Assembly: GCA_034408725.1 (NCBI GenBank)
Contig: JAWXCN010000140.1
Coordinates: 1 to 16,604, forward strand
DNA length: 16,604 bases
Source of the DNA: Candidatus Hydrogenedentota bacterium
GTDB lineage: Bacteria; Hydrogenedentota; Hydrogenedentia; Hydrogenedentales; SLHB01
Direction: 5' to 3'
Shown here: piece by piece, positions 15,176-16,604 of the stretch
How positions within the stretch are numbered: the stretch's first letter is position 1
How the letters are laid out: each line of letters opens with the position of its first letter
Made by a program: the position numbers and the translations under genes
Notes under the pieces: model-generated
What the model saw: only the letters and a program-made list of their open reading frames with translations
What the model was told of the DNA's origin: nothing
The model's database searches: none

Positions 15176-16093
15176 CTAGTGTCCGCGCATCGCGCAATAC
15201 ATCGTGCGCCACGATTCCGGCGACAAGGGTTCTTGGCGCAGTGCGCTGAGCGCGTGCTTACGCGCACTGTCTACATGGCCCGAACTCAAGGCCCACCACG
15301 CCCATTTACGATGGGACTGGGCAACGCTCGACGTGATGAGTGGGGCCTTTCCCCAATCGTCCGGCAGGGGGATTCCGCGGCGCACATGTGTGTCGCGGAC
15401 GACGGACAGCGTGGACTTTTGCTGAAGCTCCGACTTCGAGTATCCGATGCTGGAAAGATGTTGCCGGTAGCGAAGGACTATGTCCGAGAGATTCGCGACC
15501 TCCCCGACTTCCGCCAGCCGCAGGAAGAAGTCCAGGTCTTCCGCCCAGGGATAAGCGTTGCTGTATTGGCCAATCTTGTCGATGGCGCTGCGGCGCGCCA
15601 TCATCGCTGGATGCACGATGGTGCCGCCTCGGCCGGCGAGGTGCGCGCTGTCAATCTGCTCGTGGGCGGTCTCGGTACACATCTCGCGCAGTGGCATTCC
15701 GTCGGAATCGATGAGCAGGACGCGCCCTCCGACGACGACGCATTCCGGGTGCGCGCGAAGATACGCCACCTGTTTCTCGAAGCGGTCCGGGATTGCGATG
15801 TCATCTGCGTCCATGCGCGCGATAAATTCCGCCCCCGCCATGGCGAGACCTTCGTTCAATGCCGAGATATAGCCACGGTTTTCGCGGCTGGAAAGGCGGA
15901 TACGCGGGTCTTTTCGCGCATATTCTTCCAGCACTTTCATCGAGTCGTCCGTGGATCCGTCGTTGATCAAGATGTACTCGAATTCCGTTGCCGTCTGGTT
16001 CAGTATACTGTCCAAAGCTTCGGGCAAATAGAATGCGTTGTTGTACACGGGCGTTATGACGGATATCGCCGGTTTCGGACTTGTTCCGCTCAT
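15176..16093 (-). CDS. Glycosyltransferase family 2
   Basis: ISVITPVYN, INDGSTD, ARMDADD, HPAMM and AEDLDFFLRL. The ATG at 16093 overlaps the flippase stop (ATGA). The ORF-track extension to 16591 is spurious. Confidence 0.93.
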   Translation of the reverse strand: MSGTSPKPAISVITPVYNNAFYLPEALDSILNQTATEFEYILINDGSTDDSMKVLEEYARKDPRIRLSSRENRGYISALNEGLAMAGAEFIARMDADDIAIPDRFEKQVAYLRAHPECVVVGGRVLLIDSDGMPLREMCTETAHEQIDSAHLAGRGGTIVHPAMMARRSAIDKIGQYSNAYPWAEDLDFFLRLAEVGEVANLSDIVLRYRQHLSSIGYSKSELQQKSTLSVVRDTHVRRGIPLPDDWGKAPLITSSVAQSHRKWAWWALSSGHVDSARKHALSALRQEPLSPESWRTMYCAMRGH

Positions 16094-16604
16094 AGCAAGA
16101 ACCCCGTTGTGATCAGAAGGGCCGCAAACGCAAACCCTGCGAAATCCAATTTTGGAAGCCATACCCCATACCGCCGCACGGCCCAAACCAGCACCGGATA
16201 CAATAGCAACTCCGGTACGGCGACACCGATAACAACGCCCACAACTGCGATGCGCTTTATTTCCGCGTAGAGGGTGTTTAGCGACTCCGCGGCGCCGATG
16301 TTTGCTGGATCCGCGAGCAGCAGCGCCTGGGCAGATTCGATTGCTGCTGCGTTCCAGTGCCCGGCAAGGAGTGTGGCGATCCAACCCCCGAGAAAAATCG
16401 TCATGCACATGATGACCGTGCGCGAAATCTGGACGATCATGAAACGGTAGGAATCGCCCATCGCCAGCAACACCGGACCGACTGTGCTGCCGATTACCGA
16501 GGCGACGCCGCCGGCGGCGAGAATTTGCAGCATCCACCCCGCGTTGCGAAACGTGTCTGGATAAATCAGGCCGACGATTTCCTGTCCCCATATCACCAAC
16601 ACGC
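16090..16604 (-). CDS. Polysaccharide flippase (Wzx/MOP family), C-terminal part, truncated by window edge
   Basis: Hydrophobic helices with GQEIVGLIYPDTFRNAGWMLQILA and LLAMGDS, typical of the Wzx C-terminal half. It lies directly upstream of GT genes. Confidence 0.8.
   Translation of the reverse strand, partial: VLVIWGQEIVGLIYPDTFRNAGWMLQILAAGGVASVIGSTVGPVLLAMGDSYRFMIVQISRTVIMCMTIFLGGWIATLLAGHWNAAAIESAQALLLADPANIGAAESLNTLYAEIKRIAVVGVVIGVAVPELLLYPVLVWAVRRYGVWLPKLDFAGFAFAALLITTGFLL

Noticed and set aside
14055..16270. Long + strand ORFs of 374 aa and 363 aa
   Set aside because: They are antisense shadows of the GT4 and GT2 genes, expected with GC-rich codon bias, and have no recognisable motifs.
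16094..16591. 166-aa N-terminal extension of the GT2 in the ORF track
   Set aside because: It is Arg-rich out-of-frame sequence overlapping the flippase. The real start is the ATG at 16093, coupled to the flippase stop.

Overview
A GC-rich bacterial chromosomal window with 15 supportable CDSs and no rRNA, tRNA, CRISPR array or transposase. It opens with the 3' part of a large Ser/Thr kinase-TPR-(7+7 WD40) gene, followed by rtcB. Next come three GT2 glycosyltransferases around an AlkA-type DNA glycosylase, then bioY, an HU gene with its terminator, a calcineurin-like metallophosphoesterase homolog and a HAD hydrolase/acyltransferase pair. It ends with the distal part of a surface-polysaccharide operon (Wzx flippase, GT2, GT4, Wzy/O-antigen-ligase-like). 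Most unusual points: (1) the metallophosphoesterase is intact and has a good promoter but lacks 5 of 7 metal ligands; (2) the spacer before rtcB has a long inverted repeat with two competing left arms plus a heptamer array; (3) a REP-like GNRA hairpin has its right arm amplified as a 23-bp tandem array; (4) a 9-bp repeat occurs both between genes and inside a transmembrane-coding segment; (5) the flippase has a TPR-like insertion; (6) the kinase is non-RD with a double propeller. No complete novel system can be proven from sequence alone. All assignments come from motif reading, not database searches.
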